In this document: positions 27,909 to 56,178 of the stretch, piece by piece | How the letters are laid out: each line of letters begins with the position of its first letter | How positions within the stretch are numbered: position 1 is the first letter of the stretch | Source of the DNA: Paraspadella gotoi | Lineage: Eukaryota > Animalia > Chaetognatha | Assembly (NCBI GenBank): GCA_051294375.1 | Contig: CM119265.1 | Location: 27,548,874 to 27,612,873 of the forward strand | DNA: 64,000 bases | Direction: 5' to 3' | The notes under the pieces: model-generated | What the model saw: the letters and a program-made list of their open reading frames with translations, nothing else | What the model was told of the DNA's origin: nothing | Databases searched by the model: none | Position numbers and translations under genes: made by a program

Positions 27909-28869
27909 GTAATTTCTCTCTCTTGTGACCTCGTCTTGTCCTGCGTCTTCGCTCTCCATCTCTTCATCTCTCTCTCTCTCTATCTCTCCTCGTCTCTCCT
28001 TCCTCAAGGACTCATCTGTGTGTCTTTTCCTTCTCCTCAGAAAGGGATAGAAGAAGAGAACGGGAGAAGAAGATATGAAAAACAAGAAAAGGAATTAAAG
28101 AGAAGAAAGATAGAAAGAAAAAAAGAAAAAGAAAGAAAGAAAGGAACGAGGAAATAAAATTAAAGGAAAAAAGAGAAAAAGAGATATAAAAAGAGAGAGA
28201 AAAATCAGATCTATCAATAACAATAGCAATTAAGTTTGCGTAAAACAATTATTTTTTAATTTAATTAATGTTATACTGATTAATTAATTAATTATCACTC
28301 CTAATGATCGTGGCAGATCTGACATTTTTGCTCAAACGTATGCTTTTTGTTAAAGACTGTCATTTGAAGTTAGGCTTAGGGATTAGGTATATTTTATATT
28401 GGGTGTTTTATGGTGAGTGATTTAGTTATTGAAAAAGAAAAGAGGAATGAAAGAAAATATTTTTTTTTTTCTTTTCTAGTATTATGCTGCAAAACTAATA
28501 AAAAATAAAATTTTATATAATAAATTTATTTTTCTACGGAAATGAACTGAAACAATAAAGTTTTTTAAACTGAATATATTTTATTTTGATATTTATTTAG
28601 ATTATTTAGTTTTAATAATTTTTCCTCAACATATTTCTTTATTCATGAAAGGAAATGGAATAAATTATATTATTTCTACTAGCTTTTCAATTTTTTTTTT
28701 CATCGTTGGTAATTTTCTCTGCAAAGAGGAACGAATCTATTACTCAGCTATCAAGAACAAATATATTAATTTATTTTAAATGTGGATATTGATATTTTTT
28801 AATGTTTTCAGTTAAAATGATTTTATAACAAGGAATACTGCCTATGATGAACAGATTTTTGGTGAAATT

Positions 28870-29075
28870 GGAGGCCGGGGATAGGGGCTTATCAAAAATG
28901 TCAAGTCCCCATCAAAAAATAGTGGCCGGGGGAATTCCTGCCCGGGATAATGCTTTGAAGGGCTTCAAATGTCAATCCCTCAAAAAAAGTGGCGGGGATT
29001 CCCCGCCGTTGGATAAATGCTGAAGGGCATTCAAAATGTTAATACGCCCATGAAAAATAGTGGCGGGGGATTCCT
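28870..29075. repeat. ~70-bp tandem repeat, 3 units
   Basis: AAATGTyAA...AAAAATAGTGGCGGGG...ATTCC recurs three times. Confidence 0.7.
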
Positions 29076-30514
29076 AAAACAAAGGGAAAAGAAGACAGTT
29101 TTTTTTGGTGAAACAGAAAAGAGGGCGCAAGTTGAACTGTCCCTATAGCAGTTCAAGCTGCGCCTGGAACGGGGCGTAATAGGCTTTGGACAACGACGGG
29201 AATGCACAAAAGGAACGACAACAAGACGATGAACAAGACGACGAAAGACGATGCAGATGAGTAAAAGATGCAAGGCGAATTTCCTCGTCGTTGGTGGGCG
29301 TGGAGAAATCATGAATCCAACGTCTGAAATATTAAATGAATCCCTCGTTTTCCCTCATCTTCATCTCTTCGTCTCATCTCTCTCTCCCTCTCTCCCACTC
29401 ACATCTCCCTTCTGCGCTCCTTCCCAATCTTCTCCTCGCTCCCTCCTCTTCTCTCTCTCATCTCTCTCTCTCTCTTCTCTCTCTCTCTTCTGTCTCTCAC
29501 CTAGCACTTTCCAACTTTTTTTTAGTTAATCGGAGTCTGGCGCCAAGATGGGATGCGGCCAAGCTGGGAGGGGTGAAGAGGGGAAGATGAAGACGGGAAG
29601 AATGAAGAAGAAGAAGAAAATAAAAGGAAGAATCAAATGAAAGAAGAGAAATATAAATAACAATAAAAATAAAAAATAAAAATAATAAAACAAAAAAAAC
29701 AACAAAAAAACAGAATAACAACAACAACCAAAACAATAAAAAAAACAGTAATTAAAAAATGAACATAAAAGAAGAAATGAAAAATTAATAAATCTTAAAA
29801 AAAAACAAAAAACAAATAGAATAAATTTAAAAAAATAAAAAAATAAAAATGAAAATAGAATAAAAATGAAATAATTTAAAAATTAAAAATACGAATTGAA
29901 GAATTAAAAAAAAGTAATTGACGAGAAGCTGATGAGGGGCAGATGCAGGAGGCAGGTGCCAGCAGATGTAGACGTAGAGGCGCTATAGTTAGGGCCAATC
30001 TATGTCAATGGGGTGGGTCGGAAATTCGATTTGGGACCAAACCTTCCCAAATAAAACTTCAGACATTTCTGAGAAAACTTTCTGTGGACCAAAGTTTTCT
30101 AAAATCGCTCGAAGAACTTGTAATTATTTTTTAGATATTTATTTAAAGATAGCAAATGTCAATTTTTTAAAAAAATTTGTATTTTTAAAAGCAGTTTCAG
30201 ATAGCTTAAAAAAGTTGTTTATACAAAATATAATTTTTTTCATTATTTTGAGGATATAAAGGTCGAAAATGAGAAAAACATAAAAAAATTATCATCATCA
30301 GTTTTTAACAGTTTTTGCTAATTTTCGGTAATAAAACATCAACATTGATTTTAAAAAGTTGTGATTACTTTTCTACAATTACAATTATTAATTACATATC
30401 AATTAGTAATACATATTACTTATAGAATGTACAAAAACAATGTATTATCTAATTACCTACAAAGTTCGGATGGAACGTTTTTTGTGCAAAAAAAAAAATA
30501 TTTTAAGAACGACA

Positions 30515-31188
30515 NNNNNNNNNNNNNNNNNNNNNNNNNNNNNNNNNNNNNNNNNNNNNNNNNNNNNNNNNNNNNNNNNNNNNNNNNNNNNNNNNNNNNN
30601 NNNNNNNNNNNNNNNNNNNNNNNNNNNNNNNNNNNNNNNNNNNNNNNNNNNNNNNNNNNNNNNNNNNNNNNNNNNNNNNNNNNNNNNNNNNNNNNNNNNN
30701 NNNNNNNNNNNNNNNNNNNNNNNNNNNNNNNNNNNNNNNNNNNNNNNNNNNNNNNNNNNNNNNNNNNNNNNNNNNNNNNNNNNNNNNNNNNNNNNNNNNN
30801 NNNNNNNNNNNNNNNNNNNNNNNNNNNNNNNNNNNNNNNNNNNNNNNNNNNNNNNNNNNNNNNNNNNNNNNNNNNNNNNNNNNNNNNNNNNNNNNNNNNN
30901 NNNNNNNNNNNNNNNNNNNNNNNNNNNNNNNNNNNNNNNNNNNNNNNNNNNNNNNNNNNNNNNNNNNNNNNNNNNNNNNNNNNNNNNNNNNNNNNNNNNN
31001 NNNNNNNNNNNNNNNNNNNNNNNNNNNNNNNNNNNNNNNNNNNNNNNNNNNNNNNNNNNNNNNNNNNNNNNNNNNNNNNNNNNNNNNNNNNNNNNNNNNN
31101 NNNNNNNNNNNNNNNNNNNNNNNNNNNNNNNNNNNNNNNNNNNNNNNNNNNNNNNNNNNNNNNNNNNNNNNNNNNNNNNNNNNNNNNN
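30515..31188. other. Assembly gap (others: 251-498, 673-905, 20736-20760, 36030-36054, 41700-41724, 57895-57904, 59415-59472)
   Basis: Runs of N. Confidence 1.
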
Positions 31189-31304
31189 AGAGAGAGAGAT
31201 AAAATTAGCGAATTTGTTGAAAACTTTCACCAAAAAACGCGACGTGAATAAAATTCCATAGAAAAAATAAGATTTTTATCTTTCACTTTCGAGATAAATT
31301 TTCG

Positions 31305-31580
31305 TGATCATGTGAGGAGATAGTTGTCATCACGTGACACGTTATTACGCCTGTGACAGAGGTAGTGAGGCTGTGAAGTAAGAAACGTAATCACGTCACG
31401 TAAGAGATGGGATCACCTGACGTGAGAGATGATAAAGTGACTTGAGAAACGTGATCACGTGACGTCAGTGAGGTGATCTCGTGATGTAAGAGACTTGATC
31501 ACGTGAGGTAAAAGAGTTTCTCACGTGACTTGAGAGACGAAATTCAAATTCGGGGAAAATTTTTTTTTTCACGTGAAACT
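31305..31580. promoter_or_regulatory. Dense TCACGTGA (E-box) cluster
   Basis: CACGTG at 31331, 31456, 31500, 31522 and 31570, all in TCACGTGA context, plus near-matches. Confidence 0.4.
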
Positions 31581-32368
31581 CCTCGATCTGAATTCATCCG
31601 AGACAAAACTATGAAATTCACACGGGACCAGTTTTTTTTCGCGAAAAATCATTTTTACGGAATTTTAACTCAAAATCAGATTCATTTCACGTCAGGTCAA
31701 CTTAGACCTAAAACTAAAACAATTTTACAATTTGAGACTTTAGGTACATTTTGAAGCACATTAACAATTTGGATATAAAGTTGGTGAAAATATTCAGACT
31801 AAAACAGATTTTCATACAAATTCGTAAAATTTTAATTAATTATATTTTCGTAAAGATATTTAAGAGCGGTAATTGATATATCAAATTTCAAAATTGTGCG
31901 TAGTCTAAATTATTTTGAAATAACTCTTAATTAAATAAAAACTCAGTCTTGACTAATTTGAAATGTAGCTATATTTAAATAGAAATATCAACCTCAAGTG
32001 TCATTTGTTTAAATAGTTTCTTCTCCCATTTTGCTGCGACGTCTTGCGCCTGTTACGAAAAAACATGTAATATAAACAAGTGAACAGTCGTGTCCCGTCA
32101 ACTTAAAGAAAAATATCGTTATTATAAACCGAGGGAGCTCTCCAAGATCTCTTTTATGGAATGTGACTAGTTTCGACAAAGGGTTACGCCGTATAACATA
32201 GCGCTGTGCCGTGCTGTGCTGTGCTGTGCTGTGTTGTGCCGTGCTGTGCTGTGCTGTGTTGTGCCGTGCCTTGTCTTTCTCAGGCTTTTTTATTAAATTT
32301 TTGTTTTCCTTGCTAAGAAAAAAACAAAACGAATATGTCAAAGTTAAGAAATATATATATATATATAT

Positions 32369-32963
32369 AAACAAGTTTGAGCAAACAATGCCGGATCTGC
32401 CCACGATTATTATCGGTAAGCAGCTGATGAGATAATTAATTAATTAATTTATTTAATAATTAATTAATTAATTAATTAATATTGTGATCGAGATTGAATT
32501 TTTTGTGATGGAGAGGCGAGACAAATTGGAAAACGATTTTGACACGAATAAAAAAAATAAATATTAATTAATTAATTATTAAATAAATTAATTAATTAAT
32601 TACAAATAATTGAATTTACATTTAATATAAAAATAAACAAAGCCCAATCAAATAGTGAAATAGATTGTTGGTTTTTTCCATTTTAACTCATTTCCACTTG
32701 GAAGATTCCATCGAAACTTTATTTCCTGCTCAATAACACACAAAATTTCATTCCAATCCATCCATCAAATCACCAGTAATTGGCGTTTTGTTGCTAAGGT
32801 GGGACGGACGGACCGACGGACGGACGGACAGAAAGACAGACGGACAGACAGACAGACAGACGGACGGACAGACATAATTAGATGTTCTGACATGATATAA
32901 GTGAATGCCCGACAAGATTGTGGGGGCGGACCGACGGACCGACAAAGTCAATTATAGAGCCGG
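32369..32963 (+). mobile_element. DINE-1/HINE-like (Helentron-associated) non-autonomous element
   Basis: AAACAAGTTTGAG start, subterminal CGGATCTGC, conserved core and (GGAC/AGAC)n microsatellite. Related pieces at 36745-37035, 52008-52042 plus 53350-53953 (GCAGATCCG and ATCTGCT/AGCAGAT hairpin) and 28305-28340. Confidence 0.55.
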
Positions 32964-33124
32964 AAATATCAAAATATCAAGGTTTGCAGTATAGATTATA
33001 TATTTTTTAACCCATTTTTTTTCTATTCTCACAAAAAAGTAAAAAAATAAATTTGGCGTTCAAGTCAAAAAACCAAGAATTTTCCATTTTCGTTCCCTCG
33101 CCAAATTTCACAGCTCACTCACTC

Positions 33125-33177
<53 letters not shown>

Positions 33178-33580
33178 GCCTTTTTCAGGAACCAAGAAAG
33201 AAGCAGATTTAATAAACATCACGTAAACCATTTTTTTTCGTTGGAAGTAAGTGATTTCCTTTTTCGGCCAAAAGTGAGTGAGATTTTGGGAGGGAGAATT
33301 GTGAGAGGTGTGAGCGAGAGGCAGGGTGAAGGAATAAATAAATAAATAAATAAATAAATAATAAATAATAAATAATAAAAAATAAAAAAAAATAAAAAAA
33401 TCAATCAATCAATCAATCAAGTATTAATGATAATACATAAAATATCAGTGACAAAATTATCATACCTCTTTGCAATATCATAAATCGTTATTCGCTAAAC
33501 CCAAATAAAAACAGACATAAGAACAGAAGGAACTGAAGTCACCAACTGGGTTCACAAATTTTGTGAATCCTGGGAGAATT

Positions 33581-33625
<45 letters not shown>

Positions 33626-34338
33626 TATCCTTCAACTCTCTCAAACCCTTTTCTCCTAAAAAGATTTTTTGAATAAATAACTTTTTCTCCCTTTGGATCC
33701 GAAAATGAAATTGAGTCGAAGAAAAAAAAAAGGAATAAAACAAAAGGAAATAAAAAACAACCGAAATTAAATGAGACGAAACGAAATATTTTTTTTTGGT
33801 TTTTTTGTTTTCCCTGAAATTTTGAATGGAAATAAAAATTGAATAAAAGGAAATCTTGATCAAAGTCAAGGAACTTTTTCCTTTTCCTTTTTCCTTTTCT
33901 CGAACTATATCAACCCCTGCCGACCTATACTGACCTCTACCGATCAATGGCGCCCCCTAACGATCTCTGAAGACCTCAAAATATATAAATTTTAAAAAAA
34001 GAAATCCGATTAGAAGCCGAGTTTTCCTTTCAGGATTTTTTTTTTCGGCACGACCCTTTATGGATTTTCTTTGTTCCGGCTGCGATGGATAGCTCAAACA
34101 CAATGGATTCAGAAACCATCCATGGTTTTGTAATATTTACTGCAATTCGCGTGCAACAATTGGTAGGCGACTTCTTCGTTCTTTCCAATTTTCTTCTGGA
34201 CGTTGATCTCCAAGGGTTTCGCTCAGCGAATAATCGCAGCGCAAAAAAAAAAAAAAAATAAAAAATAATAACGGAAGAAAGTTTTTGCTAGAAAAAGTCG
34301 TTAGATTAATTTTCGTTATTATTGAATTCCGGCCAAAA

Positions 34339-49311
<14,973 letters not shown>

Positions 49312-49699
49312 AGGTTTTACTGGCTCATCGTGATCATTGGGGTTTTTTTTTCACTTTATCAGAGTTTTTCCATTGTTTTATTCGATTCATTTTTATTTTG
49401 GGATCAGATTTGACCCCGACAAAGACAATTTTATTCACTAAAACAATAACTAAGCAATAAAAGGTTTTGTTAATTCCATCGGTTTTTTACTGTATTTGGT
49501 TTTTTTTTTTTTTTGGAACATGGGCATCAAACTTGTATCTGTGTTAAAATGTTTATTATTATAAATTTTGGATTTGTATTGATTTTTTTCCTCCCAATTG
49601 ACTTTTTCCTTTTTGAGTTCTCCAATAACAATACACAGTTCCATAGTATCAAGGAAAAAAGTATATAACATAATTCATTTATTCAATAAAATGTATATG

Positions 49700-49862
49700 A
49701 AATATGGTATGCCCTTCCTCGGCATTGACTATTACCTGCATTCGTCTGGGCATGCTCTCATACAGCAAATTTAGGTATGACAGTGGAATGTTTTTCCAAA
49801 TCTTTAATAAAATTCTTTTTAGACCCGATGTTGATGTTGCTTGTCTTTCCCTCTTTTTTAAA
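49700..49862 (-). mobile_element. Tc1-like transposase C-terminal fragment
   Basis: LKRILLKIWKNIPLSYLNLLYESMPRRMQVIVNAEEGHT matches the Tc1 C-terminal W..I...L..L..SMPxR...V..AxGGxT pattern. Confidence 0.75.
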
Positions 49863-51065
49863 AGGTATAATAGCACTTTTTTATACCAAAAAAGGTGCAA
49901 GGCCTTTAGAATTTCCAAATTAAAAAAAAAACAAAAAACTAACTCTATTCAAAATAAAAACAAATAACTAAATATTAAAAATGGAAGAAAACTAAATATA
50001 ATTTTTTTTACCATTTTTATTTGAAGTAACAATAATTTTTGGCCTGTAACTTCTAAATGATTTGACCTACAAAAAAACGGAAGGAAGCTTCTGAAAGGAA
50101 ACTCAATATAGATCCAAAAACATTCTGATTTTTTTAAAATCAAATAAGTTTTTGAGTAGATATCCTTTATTAAAAATGCTATATACTTTTTTCCTAGATA
50201 GTACATTTAGTTTTTCGGATTTTATATTATTGTACCCCGTGAGCCAATCGATTTTTAACCAATACGATTCGCCAACAATTTGGCGATTTTACCATCTTTA
50301 TGAGAAAATAGATTTGAAGTTGTTAATACACAAAAAACGTAAAGTAGTTTTTATCATTTAAAAAAATCTGAGTAAGTCTATCTCAACTCAGTAAAGTACG
50401 GCAGTGGTTTCTTTCGTATCACCGGATTTGGCTCACGAGGTATCATAAAGTTTCAAATTATTATTCACTAAAAAGTAAATGAGGTTTTCGATTATGATAC
50501 AGGATTCACAATCATAGTGAAAACGAATATTTCGTGATCAACGGCTGAAACCCTGATGGTATGCCATCAGCCGGGTAGCCTTTGATGCCCATTGGGATGG
50601 GGTATCTCACTGTTGGCTTTGGGGGCTTCCGACCCTCAGTGACGCCTCCAGTCACTGGCGCGGTTACCCTTGGACGGTCTCGCTTTGCCAACGCAGAAGG
50701 AATTCGTTGGGACTGTGGAGGTAACACAACCCCCCTCGGATGGTGTGTTTCCCCGCTGATCCAATTGGATTGGCCGAACGATGATAGATGTGAGGCGTTG
50801 TGAATATACCGACACAATGGTCGATTTGCTTTTGATCTTAAAACTCGTCTTATTTTTATAACTTTTTTATCTTTTCTAATTACTTTCAAATATTATATTA
50901 CTTGCAAATATAATTAAATTGTGCATGTGTTTAACTCTTTTTTAATTTAAAATATAAATTTATATGGCATTGAGATCGAAATAGATTGCACCGCCTTGGT
51001 TTATTTTTTGTTTATTATGGTTTTATTATGGTTTATTTTTTGACATTCCATATTCATCTTTGTCA

Positions 51066-51357
51066 TGTAGTCGGGCATAGTAATGTGTTTACCCCGCTTA
51101 TAAGCATGTCGCCATCTTGTGTGACCCGGTGGCTCATTGAGTAATACCATCAGCTAGTGACCATCAAATACCTTAAACAATCCCATTACCCAAATGGTAA
51201 CTACCTTGAGGGAAGCGTCAGGACAGATTGAAACCGCCTTGATGGGGTGGAAACCCCTCAACCCGAATTCCAGGCTCAGGACCCCTTCCCGTGCTGCTAG
51301 AGAGTGTTAAAGAAGTTGCAGTTAGCACTGTTTAGCCAACTTAACACCCTATCCACA
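51066..51357 (+). mobile_element. Diverged solo LTR, family A, opposite orientation, about 155 bp upstream of the lectin paralogue start codon
   Basis: TGTAGTCGGGCAT...CCTATCCACA; retains GACCCGGTGGCTCATTGAGTAA (A box). Confidence 0.75.
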
Positions 51358-51511
51358 ATTAATACATTTTTTGTCGTGTCGACTGAAAGACAGATAGACG
51401 GACACGGACTCCGGCCGATATACGTAGGAAAACCTCTTAATACAATCGACATAAAAAGTTTTTTGCTAAAAAAATTCGTTACATTCTTTTTCGCAATTAC
51501 ATAAACTCAAA

Positions 51512-54500
51512 ATGTTGCCCGTCTACATTCTGTACATTTTCGTGGCGCCAAGTAAGGATTATACTTATATTTTCAAAATATCATGATTCGGTGTAAATGC
51601 TTTCTTTTCGATATGTTTGAGTAATAAAAAAACAAAAATATTTTCGTTTTTCTTAAATTATATCAGAAACCTTTTTATATTTAGACATAAGGACGAGAAT
51701 ATGTAATGATAACAATGAATGGTAACGCTTGATGAAATTGATACATACTTAATATTTTATTAATTAGAAATATGACATTATGATTATATAAACTCGGGAG
51801 ATGTAATGCTTCTAGATAACCATGCAGCTTTACGGATTTTTAGTTGCGCCGCGAGTACTCGCGGAGCAACTCTATAAGTCACTTTTCGGTTGGTCTGACG
51901 AACGGTCTGTCGGTAAGTATGTCTGTCTGTCGTTCTGTCCCACTTACTTTAAAAATGCTCATAACCTGCTTAAGTGCTTATAGTTGGTTGCTCATATGTT
52001 AAGACAGAAACAAGTTTGAGAAAACAATGTCGGATCTGCCGTAAAAAGCTACATAACTTGGTCAATAATTTAATCAACTTGCATTATTTGGTCAACTGCA
52101 TAATTTGGTCAACTGACATAATTTTGTCAGCTGGCATAATTTGGTCAACTGACATAATTTTGGTCAACTGACATAATTTGGTTAACTGACATAATTTTGG
52201 TCAACTGACATAATTTGGTCAACTGACTTAATTTGTTCAAGTGACATAATTTGGTTAACTGACATAATTTGTTCAACTGACATAATTTGGTCAACTGACA
52301 TAATTTGGTCAATTAACATAAATTTGGTCAACCGGCATAATTTGGTCAACTGGCAATATTTTATCAACTGGCATAATTTGGTCAACTAGCATAATTTGGT
52401 CAACTGGCATAATTTGGTCAACAGGCATAATTTGGTCACTTGCAGAATTTGGTCAACTGGCATAATTTGGTCAACTGGCATAATTTGGTCAATTGGCATA
52501 ATTTGGTCATCAATCAATCAATCAATCAAATAAATCAGAGAGAGATAGAGAGAGAGAAACTTTAATAAAATCAAATAAATGTGTCTTTTGGTAGGAGTCT
52601 ACGTCGTTCTTAGAGATCGAGGAAGACTTTTTCAATGGAGATTTTCGTTCAAATCTGACTACCAAACAATATAAACGCTCCTGGTAAAAATTCTGGTAAA
52701 ATATCGATGTAAAAATACTTGATTCCGATCCTGTTGCATCTGAAGGGCTCGCATTTTTTTTCTCTTGTGACCTTGTCAAATCATCAACATCTTGATATCG
52801 AACAAGCCAGAACAAATAGACTGTAGGGAAAAATTTTCCATCTCTGATTTTATATAGAAATGAAAGGGATTTTTTTCCTTGAAAACGATATAAACATGAC
52901 TGAGGTATGTTCCTGTTCAACAAATGAGGTCCAATTTTTTGGAATCCTTTGGCAAAGTGTCTGAAGGGCTCTCAAAATTTTTCTTTACATTTTATTAGGT
53001 TATTTTGATATGATTTGATCATGGTAAAGTAAATTAGTCCATTTTGGTGAAATTTTTATTTAAAGTAAATGTAAAAGAGGATCTAACGATCGGAATTCTA
53101 AGAGTTTTCAACCGGGAGTCAGATTCGGGAAAAATCTTCTATGGCAAAAATCTTCCAAAGAAGGGGTGAATTTTCCGAAGATTTTGGTTAATATTTTCTA
53201 TATTTATAGTCAGATTTTTTTGAAACTTAATATTAACAATATTGCCATCATTCTACCTTGGTCGGTATAAGAATATATTAAAAAAACCTCGGGCTTTGTT
53301 CGTCAGAGCTTAGTCCTACTTTTGGTTTTCTAATTTGAACTCTTTTCCACTCCTACGATTCCATCAATAAATTTTTATATCCAGCTTTATCACTTACTTT
53401 CTTACCTACACACAAAATTCCATTTCAATTTATCTATCCAAATTTTAATAAACATAATAATTATGAGTAAATTTAAGTAAAAATACTTCAAGTAAATATG
53501 ACTTTTGTTTTTTCCATTTTAACTCATTTCCACTTGCACGATTCCATCAAAACTTTATATCTAGCTCAATCACACACTTTCCTACCATCATACAAAATTT
53601 CAAGTCAATTGCCCTATCCACTCATGAGCAATTGGCGTTCAAATAGTGAAATATATTTTTTTGTTTTTTCCATTTAAACCAATTTCCACTTGCACGATTC
53701 CATCGAAACTTCATATCCATCTCAATCATACAGTTTCCTACCCACACACAAAATTTCATACCAATCCATCCATCTAATCACGAGTAATTGGAGATTTTTG
53801 CTAAGGGGGGACGGACGGATGGACGGACGGAAGAACAAACGGACAGACGGACAGACGGACGGAGTAACGGACATCATTTTTTATTTTGGGGTGGGACCGA
53901 CGGACCGACAAAGTGAATTATAGAGTCGGAATCTGCTGATAAGCAGATCCGACTGGTAGCGCCGCCTTCAGGAATTCCTAAAACTAAGGAATAAAAGGCG
54001 GAATTTCGATGCAGTTCATGTGATAAATACACATCAAAAAAGTTTTTTTTCATGTCATTTTATGTCATATCATGTGATCAAAGGGAAATACATGTGAAAA
54101 TTAAGTCACTGCGGCGCAAAACATTGAAATTACCGTTCTTGTTTAAAGAAATCTCATATGAAAATCTTATTTGAAAAAAGACATTATTCCAATGCAGTAC
54201 GTGTCGAAAATACACGGAAATACACGGGATAACGATGTCACTGCGGCGCAACACAACATTTGAATTTGCGTTCTTGTTTTTTAATTAATCAGATTGTTAA
54301 CTAATCAATTAATTATTTCATTTTAGTCTTCGCAAACTACTGGCGATTGTCTAGACTTAAGGCTACGGGAAATGGATCTCCTAATTTAAGAATTGTAAGT
54401 TGAATCGTGGCTCTCTTTTCCCAGAGCGACCCATTTCAGTTTGGCTCTTTTTTCCCAGAGCGCTCTATATCTATTGCTTCATCCCAAATTTATTTTTAAC

Positions 54501-55711
54501 CTTAGAATTTAACCAAAATATATTTTTAAATTTTTTATCCATTCCTTAAATAATTTTGCCTAATTTTTAACCCTAACCCAAAATCTTAACCCTAATCATT
54601 AACCTAACCCTTAACCTTAATTATTAAGGTAATCCCTAATATCATCTCTCACCCTAACATCCAACCTAATCTTTAAGTCGACGTCATTTTTCTAAAAAAA
54701 ATCAACTTAATTCATAATTTAAAATTAAATTAAGCATTCTGTAGATTCCTCCAAAAATTTTAAAACTTGTCAGAATATCACGTAAGAAATTAAAAATTAA
54801 TAGAATCAATAGCTAGTGTTATGTCTCGAATAGATGTAATAAAACCTAGTTTAAAAATTATTAAGTCAAAATTATAATTATTATTAAAACTAATGACACC
54901 CCATAAGAATAAATAAAAATTAAATTCTTTTTAATGATTCTGAAAGAAAAAAAGCTAAATTGTACTCTAGTAAAACTTAAAAGTTTTTGGATAAAGAAAA
55001 TGTAAATTTTTTTGTCACTTAAATAATTGCTTGTCTGATTTTACAAGCATGCTTACAAAATTCTACAAAAGTAAACATTATCTTATTTTAGAGAACAGGG
55101 ACGTTTACTGAAAGGAGCCAGAAGATGTTCAACTTCTTCACTTTAATGTCAGTTGTTAATAATAAAATAGGCAATTTTTTTAATAACTCAACTTTCGCAG
55201 GCTTTACAAGACTAGCGGTAGCCGACCAAATTCAAATTTTAATGGGAACAGCATTAATCTAATCCATTATTGCTATTAATTATTGTGTTAAAATATTTTT
55301 TTGCAAAAATTTTCCGAACCATGAGTAATTCGCTAATTAATATTATTATATTTCTATATAATGTTAAAAATTTTTTTTGGGATATTTTAAGTTTTTTTAA
55401 TTGATTCTGACAGAGACTAAGAGGCGTGAATGTTGAAAAAAGGGAGAGGAATTTTGGTTGTTTTGGTCGATTTCTTCTAAACAAACAGGCCAATTAAGAT
55501 GTAACTTAAGATTTACATTATTCCAGTCATTCTCTATCCAAAAATATAAAAATATTATGAAAAAAGGTTTGGGATCGTGTTTCGGAATTTGGTTCTATTA
55601 TATGACTCTATACCCAAATATTTTTTTTTAATATTTATTTATAGAAAGGAAAGGAGTTCGACCCTATTCAGATTCGTCTAAAAACGAGTTCAGCTCTGAA
55701 GCGGCTGTCCA

Positions 55712-55752
<41 letters not shown>

Positions 55753-55985
55753 CTCTCTCTCTGTCTCTGTTTGCAGTTGAAGAAAATGAAAAATGACGAT
55801 TTTTTATCATAGACAAGAAGGTAGACGTCCTGACTATTTATATCAAGCTGAAAACATTTTTTTATTAATAATTTTTTAATTTCACATATACTTCATTAGT
55901 TAAATAAATTATTTATTATTTCTCTTGTTACTGTTATTCCTTTAGTTTACTGATTCATTTATCTTTGTTGTACATTCCAAAATGT

Positions 55986-56023
<38 letters not shown>

Positions 56024-56146
56024 ATTTTTACCATTTCACAAAAAATCAACTTATTTCCCCTTTTTTCTTTCCTTACCTTCACCTGTCCTAAAATCTGACC
56101 ACTGTCCTTTCTCATTCTTTGTCGGAAACTCCCTCTCAACTCTCGT

Positions 56147-56178
<32 letters not shown>

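Noticed and set aside
3013-29736. Many long F/S/L/P-rich or K/R/E-rich ORFs in the ORF track
   Set aside because: They are translations of polypyrimidine/polypurine tracts and microsatellites, open in several frames and on both strands, with no domain signal.
52522-52980. 133-aa minus-strand ORF
   Set aside because: No recognisable motif or splice-consistent partner exons; probably a decayed TE fragment.
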